Made by a program: the position numbers and the translations under genes. From a bacterium (GTDB lineage Bacteria; UBA9089; CG2-30-40-21; SBAY01), in contig JBFLYA010000002.1 in assembly GCA_040757115.1 (NCBI GenBank), positions 1 through 59,479 of the forward strand: a stretch of 59,479 nt of DNA, written 5' to 3'. The stretch's first letter is position 1, and every line of letters begins with the position of its first letter. Under the pieces are notes generated by a model. The model did not search any database and was not told the origin of the DNA. It was given only the letters and a program-made list of their open reading frames with translations. Shown one piece after another: positions 16,301 to 23,601 of this stretch.

Positions 16301-18260
16301 CAGCTGGATCGCCACCTCGGTTATATCTGAGAGTATTATAGGTAATGTTATTATCATCCGACGAAATTAAGTAAATTCCACTACCTACTTCTCCTGTACC
16401 ACCATCACCACATGGGACTCCTGCTGCTCCTCCTTGCCCGCCTATATTATCTGATGTGGTATTACCTGAAATGGTATTTCCTGTAGATGATGAAAGATAT
16501 ATTCCTGTACCTACACCACCTATACCACCAGAACTACCATACGCTCCTCCAGCTCTTCCTCCTTGACCACCTATATTATGTGATATAGTATTATTTGATA
16601 TAGTATTTCCTGTAGAGAATAAAAGATATATACCAGTACCTATACCACCTGCACCAGTAGAACCTTGATAGCCCAGCGCACCTGCTCCTCCTTGACCACC
16701 TATGTTATGTAATATAGTATTATTTGATATAGTATTTCCTGTAGAGAATAAAAGATATATGGCAGCACCTATTCCACCTGGAACACCAGGGCGGCCTACT
16801 TTTCCATTTTCTCCGATTCCTCCAACGATATAATTATATCGGATAGTAAAATTTGAACAATTAATTAATACAATTCGACCGAGATTTGTTGAACCAGAAC
16901 CAGCAAGAGTCAAAGTTTGATACTCAATAGTAGTTGAAGTAGTAATTCCATAATAATAATGAATTAGTTCACCATTATAGGTATTGGAAGGAAAGATGGT
17001 ATTATTGTAGCTATTTGAGTCAATGTAGAGACCATATCCTTGACCAGATATCCCTTCGTAACCAGCTTCAGCACCTGGTCCTCCTTGTCCCCCTATATTA
17101 TCTGATGTGGTATTACCTGAAATGGTATTTCCTGTAGAAGATGAAAGATATATTCCCACACCTATACCACCTGTACCACCACTACCCCAGTATCCGCCTC
17201 CTGGTCCTCCTTGCCCCCCTATATTATCTGATATGATATTATCTAAGATAGTATTCCCTGTAGAGGATAAAAGATATATTCCCGCACCTACACCACCTAT
17301 ACCACCAGAACTACTAGCACCACCTGACCCTCCTTGTCCCCCTATATTATCTGATGTGGTATTACCTGAAATGGTATTTCCTGTAGAAGATGAAAGATAT
17401 ATTCCTGTACCTACACCACCTATACCACCCATACCTAAACCATTTCCAGATCCCCCTTGACCACCTGTATTATCTGATATAGTATTACCTGAGATGATAT
17501 TTCCTGTAGAAGATAAAAGATATGTTCCCGCACCTATACCACCTATACCACCATCACCATTAAAACCGCCTCCTCCTCCTTGGCCGCCTGTATTTTGTGA
17601 GATTACATTTCCTAAGATGGTGTTATTTGTTGATGATGAGAGGTATATCCCGCAGCCTATACCACCTGCCCCTCCAGAGTAAAAGTCAAAGCCTGCACCT
17701 CCTTGACCACCTACGTTGTTGGAGATAGTATTTGTACCAATGAGATTATTTTTTGATCCTAAAAGGTATATTCCACAACCTATACTACCTGACGAACCAG
17801 TAATTCCATCATTTCCTTTATTTCCATGAATAGAATTATAAGTAATTACAATTTCCCATACATTTTTTAAATACACTGCTTGCTTAGCATAGCTAATTTC
17901 ACAATGACTAATTGTCCCTTTCGCATTTGTTCCATTAAATTCAACTCCTTGCCAATATCCAGGTGTAGGAGAGGAAAAACTAGTAAAGGTAATAGTTCCT
18001 CTCTCTGCCCCAGAAGCATTTAAGGTACCATACACTATCAACGCTGTATTAGTTGCAAACTTTACTTCTACTCTTGGCTCGATAACAAGTGTTTCACCAG
18101 AAGGCACAGTAACAGTAGCCGTAATTATGTAGGGACTACCTCCAAGATTCCAAATACCACTTTGAGTGCCACTCACCTCCATAGCTTCCACAGTTTCTAA
18201 TTTAAACGAGACTCCTATTACTAATAATAAATAAACCACCCATTTCATCTTTTTATCCAT
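13053..18260 (-). CDS. Giant secreted surface protein 1: beta-helix repeats, 3 IPT/TIG-like, cohesin-like x2, Ig-like, dockerin-like, T9SS C-terminal domain
   Basis: The track ORF begins at TTG 18278. ATG 18260 sits 8 nt after AAGGAGG (18275-18269). Signal peptide MDKKMKWVVYLLLVIGVSF. Domain calls are by motif; see the sub-features. Confidence 0.9.
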   Translation of the reverse strand: MDKKMKWVVYLLLVIGVSFKLETVEAMEVSGTQSGIWNLGGSPYIITATVTVPSGETLVIEPRVEVKFATNTALIVYGTLNASGAERGTITFTSFSSPTPGYWQGVEFNGTNAKGTISHCEISYAKQAVYLKNVWEIVITYNSIHGNKGNDGITGSSGSIGCGIYLLGSKNNLIGTNTISNNVGGQGGAGFDFYSGGAGGIGCGIYLSSSTNNTILGNVISQNTGGQGGGGGFNGDGGIGGIGAGTYLLSSTGNIISGNTISDNTGGQGGSGNGLGMGGIGGVGTGIYLSSSTGNTISGNTTSDNIGGQGGSGGASSSGGIGGVGAGIYLLSSTGNTILDNIISDNIGGQGGPGGGYWGSGGTGGIGVGIYLSSSTGNTISGNTTSDNIGGQGGPGAEAGYEGISGQGYGLYIDSNSYNNTIFPSNTYNGELIHYYYGITTSTTIEYQTLTLAGSGSTNLGRIVLINCSNFTIRYNYIVGGIGENGKVGRPGVPGGIGAAIYLLFSTGNTISNNTILHNIGGQGGAGALGYQGSTGAGGIGTGIYLLFSTGNTISNNTISHNIGGQGGRAGGAYGSSGGIGGVGTGIYLSSSTGNTISGNTTSDNIGGQGGAAGVPCGDGGTGEVGSGIYLISSDDNNITYNTLRYNRGGDPAGNGVGIYCKSSEISPLIYNNIYNNQTYNLQTDGTQTAEYNWWGQHPPATSTFSGNIDYEPWLSEGPPANITLILPISGSVGTIVTISGIDYKVTEVIRIDFGTTQTIVLTSTDSLGQFNTTFTVGTQPYGTKTVKATGLSSGKSAETIFFVIPRIFMITPSLGTVGTLITVEGAGFDATEGICINFGTTPTIAYTTTNFYGAFSAVFTIDTQPYGITTITGRGMVSGNMDRCPFIILPNIGFINPTSGTIGSIVTVMGNGFGATELIRIEFGTTPTITLATTNAFGGFEVIFTVDSQPIGTTTITAYGLMTDIYAQTTFYILPTTLLKITPAIQNIAVNSTFTAYVEIEDVTELRVAELHLSFNPNILQVIEIGTGTFPPEGWVLQNKYDNTKGEIDYSVGLISGSATGSGILCQIKFKAILGGTSSVIFDFDSQHNRMTRLRKPGSIDIPFNTHSALYYVITSISVFPKDKVVKADEVINYNCVAYCSGLELDVTGSTTFTTSGGGSFTLNTFSAYYIGTYTIKGEYLGFIGTTSIIITPGTPTTLHYISGNNQVNTCTFTLKDPFIVKVVDKYNNPCSGVDVEWKIISSPPGSIDYSISPTKTTTNIQGTTSSFLTLGTEPPGTYTIQAISVGLTGSPCTFTAYSLRRFGNIAGFCLLNLGTSTLGTCSDIQVRIVEIGTTTMTNNNSYFFFGKIPVGTYTLTFDTWGASPASKTNIYISPTQFEDTSYIGTMTLLAGDITNDGKVNIDDWPGFVDAYGDYKGNPEGNWERNKEGDFNHDEQVNSLDFEIFGDNFGKQQIKAKIAKLTPMPAKTKKTEGRIELSFNLETLEGVDIDELRVGNIIYLKIYVRDAKDYLGGEIHLSFNPKVLQVIDADNSKDGIQIQPGDFPRGSVKHQADILKNEVDNSSGKIDYAVVVWEPEIDDEGLLATVPFRVISCDVYSKVNFEFDDEENRETKFIERIGQEQSIDQRPAVLDDEITIKVPAVFNNLEGALVYPNPAYKGQEVTFTQITTDKQVTLRIYNIAGELVIEKQKDNINDSQIKWNLKNKDNEDVASGIYIYFLKDELGSVKKGKIGVIK
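13905..14095 (-). other. Dockerin-like duplicated Ca-binding segment
   Basis: GDITNDGKVNIDDW followed by DFNHDEQVNSLDFEIFGDNFG. Confidence 0.6.
15340..16095 (-). other. Three tandem IPT/TIG-like domains (about 84 aa each)
   Basis: Example: PRIFMITPSLGTVGTLITVEGAGFDATEGICINFGTTPTIAYTTTNFYGAFSAVFTIDTQPYGITTITGRG, repeated three times with the same pattern. Confidence 0.6.
16280..17800 (-). repeat. Gly-rich right-handed beta-helix-like repeat array in giant protein 1
   Basis: About 40-aa modules, GGQGG..GGIG(V/A/T)GIYL(S/L)SSTGNTISGNT(I/T)SDNIGG, arranged as 6+1 and 4+1 modules around a spacer. About 90-nt near-identical DNA copies lie at 16441-16530, 17091-17160 and 17341-17430. Confidence 0.8.
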
Positions 18261-20577
18261 TTTTATCTCCTCCTTCAATTTTAATTGATATTGTCTGAAA
18301 CATTTGTTTAATATATGTATTTTCAGGATTAATTTTTAAAATTAAATTACATTCTTTTTCTGCCTCAGAATATTTGCCTTGGCTGTAATACACACAGGCT
18401 AAATTTTGGTGTGCTTTAATGTTATTTATATCCATCTTAATTACTTGTTTAAGTTCTCTTATAGCTTCCTTGTATCTTCCTTTTTGAGCATAAAGACTTC
18501 CTAAATAATTATGTAATGTGATATTATTAGGATTCAATTTTGATGCTTTTTGAAATTCAATGACACCCCTTTCAATATTATTTATCTGAAGATAAGCTTT
18601 GGCTAAATTAGTATGAATTAATGCATCGTTTGGATTTACCTTAATTGCTTTCTTAAATTCACGGATTGCGAGTAAAAATTCCCCCTTTTGAAGATATAAT
18701 AGCCCCAAGTTATTATAACTATTGGCATAATTTAATATTACATCATCCTTTGCACTCCAATCTTGTTGATATATTTCTTTATCGTGAATACCTCTAAGAT
18801 TAAATCTTACTTCATTAATATGCGAAATAAATGTTTGTTCATCTTTACTTCTTATTACTCGATAAAATATACCCGCTGGAATCTTGGAGAATCCTTGGGG
18901 TATAAATTCATCCATTAATGCATAAATTGGATAAGTATCAATATTTTGAGTAATGATTTCACTAGCCTTTATCTGATATAATTGTTCGTTAGTAGAAGGT
19001 GATTTTATTTCAGAAACGCTCAATTTAGGATATTTCCTTTTAATCTCTTCTATGTACCAATCTTTATCAAGATAACTAAAGATAGAAATTAAGTCTTGCC
19101 TTTTTCTCTCAATATATTGAAGGTAACAATATGGGAAAAGGACAGCATCCCCCTTTAAAAAGATAATACTCTTTGATTCTAATGGAGCCATAATATTCAT
19201 TCCACAATCATAAGCAAAATAATACTTATGTTTATCATTCTGGAAATAATGAGATTTAAATAGAAAAACTGGACATAAAATTATGATAACAACATATAAT
19301 GAATAAATATAGTTAGGTAAAAGTTTAACAACTAATTTACTTATCTCTATAAAGCCATAACCAATCCATATACTCATAATCATATATGATGGAATATAAT
19401 AATCTTTAATATTAAGAATGGTATAATGAATGGAATAAAAAGCATTAGCACTACATATTAAGGATAAAAATATAAAGAATAAGCGTTGTCTTGAAAGACA
19501 AAATGTTAATCCCATCAAACTAATTATTACAAAATAACTACTAAACTGAAGTGGAAAAAATGTAATTGTATGTTTTACTAATCGTTGAAGAAGTTGAGTA
19601 GAAGCAAAATATCTTTCTCTATATTCTTCTGCGGTTAAATGAGCGATTAATCTTTCAAAAGTACTTGGATCACCCCAATTATACACTGGGTGGGTAGATG
19701 CTCGAATTGGTAGATATAGGTATAGAAACACTGGCAAGATGAATAAGCAAAATAGTTTGATAAGTAGTGAGTAGTCAATCGAGAGCACCCAGAGGTAAGG
19801 TTTTCGAGTTGGATTTTCTTGCCTCCATTTCTTCCAGGACACGACTATGACAAAGAATATGCTTGCTGGGACTAAGTAAATTGTTTGCATGTGATGGGTA
19901 AAAGATAAGCCAAGGGTGAAAGCGAAGAGGTAAAGATATTTTTGATTTTTGATTTTTGATTTTTGATTTTTTTGCTCCGTACTTCCTACTTCTGCCCACT
20001 TTAGGAGGATGAAGATTAAGAGCGTGGCAAACAGAGCGTTTAATGTGTACTTCTCTGCAATTACTGCTTGTTCCCAGAAAGTGGTAGCAAAGGCAAGCAT
20101 CAATGCTCCAACTATCGCAGGGATGAGGAATGAAAGATGAAGGATGAGTTTATTTTCCTCACTTCTTACTTCACACTTCATACTTCCTACCTTTAAGATG
20201 ATAAAATACACCATCATACATGCCAAAGAGGCACATAAGGCAGAGGCTAAATTCATCCGATAGGCAATGTTTCCTATCGGTAGAATAGTCATCCATAGTT
20301 TGCCAAGTAGACAATACAACGGATAACCTGTTGGATGTGGAATGCCCAAAACATAAGCCGCTGTGACCATATCCCCTGAATCATGAAATCCAATCGTAGG
20401 AGTAAGTGTGTGTAGATACACTGCCCAGCAGATAAAAAATACCACTATCCCACCTGCGTAATCTATCAGATTAAATACTTTTGGAACGATTGGCTCATCC
20501 CTTGGGATAAGAAACTTTGGAATTTTAAGATGAACCTTCCATTTCCTCTTTTTCTGCCCTCCACTTTTCTTTCTCAT
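18253..20577 (-). CDS. DUF2723 / TMEM260-like GT-C membrane protein fused to C-terminal TPR repeats
   Basis: TLTPTIGFHDSGDMVTAAYVLGIPHPTGYPLYCLLGKLW matches the DUF2723 signature. More than 10 predicted TM segments, then at least 4 TPRs (NNLGLLYLQKGEF.., HTNLAKAYLQ.., HNYLGSLYAQKGRY.., HQNLACVYYSQGKY..). Its stop overlaps the giant-gene ATG (ATGGATAA). Confidence 0.75.
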   Translation of the reverse strand: MRKKSGGQKKRKWKVHLKIPKFLIPRDEPIVPKVFNLIDYAGGIVVFFICWAVYLHTLTPTIGFHDSGDMVTAAYVLGIPHPTGYPLYCLLGKLWMTILPIGNIAYRMNLASALCASLACMMVYFIILKVGSMKCEVRSEENKLILHLSFLIPAIVGALMLAFATTFWEQAVIAEKYTLNALFATLLIFILLKWAEVGSTEQKNQKSKIKNQKYLYLFAFTLGLSFTHHMQTIYLVPASIFFVIVVSWKKWRQENPTRKPYLWVLSIDYSLLIKLFCLFILPVFLYLYLPIRASTHPVYNWGDPSTFERLIAHLTAEEYRERYFASTQLLQRLVKHTITFFPLQFSSYFVIISLMGLTFCLSRQRLFFIFLSLICSANAFYSIHYTILNIKDYYIPSYMIMSIWIGYGFIEISKLVVKLLPNYIYSLYVVIIILCPVFLFKSHYFQNDKHKYYFAYDCGMNIMAPLESKSIIFLKGDAVLFPYCYLQYIERKRQDLISIFSYLDKDWYIEEIKRKYPKLSVSEIKSPSTNEQLYQIKASEIITQNIDTYPIYALMDEFIPQGFSKIPAGIFYRVIRSKDEQTFISHINEVRFNLRGIHDKEIYQQDWSAKDDVILNYANSYNNLGLLYLQKGEFLLAIREFKKAIKVNPNDALIHTNLAKAYLQINNIERGVIEFQKASKLNPNNITLHNYLGSLYAQKGRYKEAIRELKQVIKMDINNIKAHQNLACVYYSQGKYSEAEKECNLILKINPENTYIKQMFQTISIKIEGGDKNG

Positions 20578-20599
20578 CTCCTCACCTCATCACTTATCC

Positions 20600-20629
20600 A
20601 TTATACCACTACTCTCTTTCCTCTGTCAA
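20600..20629 (-). promoter_or_regulatory. Sigma-70-type promoter for the DUF2723-TPR / giant protein 1 operon
   Basis: Minus strand: TTGACA (20629-20624), 18 nt, TATAAT (20605-20600), with TGg extended -10. GAGGTGAGGAG RBS, then ATG at 20577. Confidence 0.7.
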
Positions 20630-20897
20630 CACAAAAAAACCATCTTAAATTATCAAAGAGCAAAATATTAGGACACAGATGGACGCAGATTATCAGGATA
20701 ATATCCACAGATTTCGCAGAGGACACAGATTATAATTTAAAACCTAAAAATATAAGGGTATAGCCCCTAACACCTTCTGTGCTCTGACCTCTGTTTTCTG
20801 ACTTCTGTCCTCTGATATTTATCCGTGCTAAATCCGTGTTCATCAGTGGCTGAATAATTACTAAAAATCTTAAAAATCTGCGTTTATCTGCGTCCAA

Positions 20898-21818
20898 TTA
20901 AAACTTTGTCACTAATGACACTCGGTGCGTATCATCCAGATCACCATAATCACAATAGGCATAATCAAGTCCTATGCCTGTGCCTGGTAATCTAAATCCT
21001 GCTCCAAAGGTTAAATCTGAGGATTTTAATTCATCTTTAGTTAGTGTTTTGTATCCAGCTCGAAGTGCTACTATTTCTTTGAACCAGTATTCTGCTCCAA
21101 GGTTAAAATTCGTATCATTATCTGAAGGGAAATTAACATCCAGACTTAAGGTCAATGCCTTATCTAATAATTTATAGGCACCACCTACCTTGAAATTTAA
21201 TGGTAATGCATCTTTTTCACTCACAAATGCCTTTAATTTAGGGCCAAAATTCTGCACTACCATTCCTAAAGTGAGATTTTCAACTTGAGGTTTATATAAA
21301 CAACCAACATCTAAACCAAAGCCGGTAGATTTTTCGGTATCGATCTTCATCTGGATGTATTTTACTGTTGCCCCTAATGAGCAGTTCCCCTTTATCTCTC
21401 TGGCATAGGAAACTGCTAATGCCATATCTTTACCATCATAGTTACCTTCTGGATTGGCAGCCGCACCATATTTGTCTATACTTCCCGAATCTAATAGGGT
21501 AATCGCTCCACCCATAATTCCACCCATTATTTGAGCAGGATGGACATAGGCTAAGTAATTGTATTTTATCTCTGCCAGCCAATCTGAGTACATAAAGGTA
21601 CATTGTCTTTGTTCAATCTGAGCAATCCCGGCTGGATTCCAATAGAGGGCGTTAATATCATCTGCTACCGCACAAAATGATTCACCCATACCATTAGCCC
21701 TTGCCCCCTGGCCTAATTTTAAAAACACCGCTCCTTTACTTCCAGGCGAACCCGCCAGGACATAACTACCTGCCAGCAAAACTGCTACCCCTACCATTAA
21801 ACTTACAAACCTTTTCAT
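20898..21818 (-). CDS. PorV/PorQ-family-like outer-membrane beta-barrel, paralogue 2
   Basis: 306 aa. Residues 1-116 and about 151-243 are identical to paralogue 1. One loop and the C-terminal ~65 aa are diverged. Confidence 0.6.
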   Translation of the reverse strand: MKRFVSLMVGVAVLLAGSYVLAGSPGSKGAVFLKLGQGARANGMGESFCAVADDINALYWNPAGIAQIEQRQCTFMYSDWLAEIKYNYLAYVHPAQIMGGIMGGAITLLDSGSIDKYGAAANPEGNYDGKDMALAVSYAREIKGNCSLGATVKYIQMKIDTEKSTGFGLDVGCLYKPQVENLTLGMVVQNFGPKLKAFVSEKDALPLNFKVGGAYKLLDKALTLSLDVNFPSDNDTNFNLGAEYWFKEIVALRAGYKTLTKDELKSSDLTFGAGFRLPGTGIGLDYAYCDYGDLDDTHRVSLVTKF

Positions 21819-22089
21819 TTTAACCTACCTCCTTAATTTTATTTTAGATTTTAGATTGAACCGATCTGTTTTAAAGTCAGTTTTCAATCAAAAATCGCAA
21901 ATCTATTAATTTTGTATTTCGGCTTGTTGCTGATAAATTACAAGCCAAAATTAGAGACATTTTACTCCTTACTCTAATATATCACAATATATTATTTTGT
22001 CAAGAATTTTTTTGATTATTTTTTAATTATGATGTGGGTAAAGATAAGTTATTAAGAGGGAATATGATTGTGACGAGCAATTTTTTAAC
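21121..22089 (-). repeat. Partner of the 12014-12992 duplicated block
   Basis: See 12014-12992. The diverged patch here is about 21374-21468. Confidence 0.9.
21976..22003 (-). promoter_or_regulatory. Sigma-70-type promoter for PorV-like paralogue 2
   Basis: Same boxes as at 12876-12904, but with a 16-nt spacer (one T fewer in the run). Confidence 0.6.
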
Positions 22090-22296
22090 CTGTGCGGTTA
22101 GGTTATAGACTGCCAATTTGAGTTCCCCCCGCTGATGGAATCTGAAATCTCCCCCGCTGGCGGGGGATTAAGGGGGTGGAAATCTTCTTGTCACATCGTA
22201 ACTATTCACCACGAAGAGCACGAAGGACACGACGATGTTACAGAACAAATCTCTGTAAGGGTTTAGGTAGGATAAAAATAAGGAGAAAGGGAGAAG

Positions 22297-22380
22297 ATGG
22301 AGAAGTGGAGAAAAGAAGAGTTAACTGATAGGATTATTAATGCCTGTATTAATGTCCATAAAAAGTTAGTGTCGTGTTGA
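22297..22380 (+). pseudogene. GxxExxY-family N-terminal fragment
   Basis: MEKWRKEELTDRIINACINVHKKLVSC*. It is flanked by the low-complexity pair ggagaaagggagaagatggagaagtggag / ttctccaattctcccttttccccatttctcc. Confidence 0.5.
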
Positions 22381-22817
22381 ACAAATAACGCACGGAATTC
22401 GATTCTGGTAACTGGTGATTGGTAACTGGTAATTAAATACCGTTTGGCTGAGCTCAGGACGAAACTATTTAACCAGTTACCAGTTACCAATTATCCGTTT
22501 GCAGGTTATGAAATCTGATGATACGCCGTGCAAAACTTACTCAACACCACACCAGGATTGATGTCCGAAGGGTGGAGTAAGAAAAAGTTTGAGCCATTTC
22601 TCCAATTCTCCCTTTTCCCCATTTCTCCTTGTTTACACTTCTGAGGAATACCGTGCACATCCTTTATCCCTTTCCTACTTACCTACTACCTACTTACCTA
22701 CTATTTCCATTGCTTTGTCCTCCACAGGTTAATGTTCGTTCCCCCAAATAACTAACCCATTACAGGCACGCAGCAATTCTCATTCCTAAAAATACATAAC
22801 AATAAATAAAAAAAGTC

Positions 22818-22846
22818 TTGACAAATTAAAAAATATATGTTATAAT
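22818..22846 (+). promoter_or_regulatory. Consensus sigma-70 promoter for the PEP-CTERM protein gene
   Basis: TTGACA (22818-22823), 17 nt, TATAAT (22841-22846), with TGt extended -10. AAGGAGGA RBS at 22881; ATG at 22898. Confidence 0.8.
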
Positions 22847-22897
22847 ATAACCAAGTTGATAAAATAAATAAAAAAATATCAAGGAGGATAAAAAACA

Positions 22898-23575
22898 ATG
22901 AGAAAAATATTTTTTAAAGGGGTTAATCAACTAATTCTTTTTTTATGGGGGATAATCTTTATTGTTTCTTCAGCTTATGCTATCCCCAGCCTTCAATTGT
23001 ATATTCCAGGCTCTACTTACGACCCTATCACTGAGTCCTGGACCACTACTGCTTCTGATTTTGAACTGCAAGTTCTGGGAGCCTCATCTCCACATAATGC
23101 TGATTATATAAAGAATGTCACTCTTTATATTGCTATAAATGAGAACGAAAAGGGATTGCCAGGAGCCTATGTAAATATCAACGGTTCTCCAATAGATTTT
23201 AACTACTATGGCAACCCATTCTTGATGCCTCCTCATGGTATCTATCCAACCTATTATCGTGCTTATTGGCTACCTAATTTAATGGTTAGTACAGCCGGGG
23301 AGATTGTCCATAATTATAATCCTGGTGGGAGTGGAACAGATTTGGGGGATATTCATTATCTCTCGATAAACTGGGGTGGTTATAGCCGTATTCATTTTGA
23401 TCTAGCGGGTATTGTTGTGAACAAATATGGGAAAAAATACTATAGAAGGGCGCCTTTCTCTCATGATGCTGAAGTAAATTCACCACCCCCGGCACCTGTT
23501 GTTCCAGAACCTTCAACTATGTTACTTTTATTGCCTGGTTTGTTAGGATTGGCAAATTTCAGAAGGAGTATCTAA
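22898..23575 (+). CDS. PEP-CTERM sorting-domain secreted protein
   Basis: Signal peptide. The C-terminus VPEPSTMLLLLPGLLGLANFRRSI shows the PEP motif, a hydrophobic helix and a basic tail. Confidence 0.8.
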   Translation: MRKIFFKGVNQLILFLWGIIFIVSSAYAIPSLQLYIPGSTYDPITESWTTTASDFELQVLGASSPHNADYIKNVTLYIAINENEKGLPGAYVNINGSPIDFNYYGNPFLMPPHGIYPTYYRAYWLPNLMVSTAGEIVHNYNPGGSGTDLGDIHYLSINWGGYSRIHFDLAGIVVNKYGKKYYRRAPFSHDAEVNSPPPAPVVPEPSTMLLLLPGLLGLANFRRSI

Positions 23576-23601
23576 GTATTTCAACCTGTTCAATCAGCTG
23601 A

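Noticed and set aside
17107-17682. Proline-rich ORFs antisense to giant gene 1, with equivalents at 55196-55705 antisense to giant gene 2
   Set aside because: They are the mirror image of GGN-rich glycine codons (GGT/GGA read as ACC/TCC on the opposite strand). They have no RBS and lie entirely within a far longer, homology-supported frame.
22120-22185. GC-rich hairpin tcccccgctggcggggga as a terminator
   Set aside because: No T-tract follows on either strand, and it is not positioned after a gene end. It resembles the G/C-run low-complexity IR family, so I treat it as another repeat arm pair.
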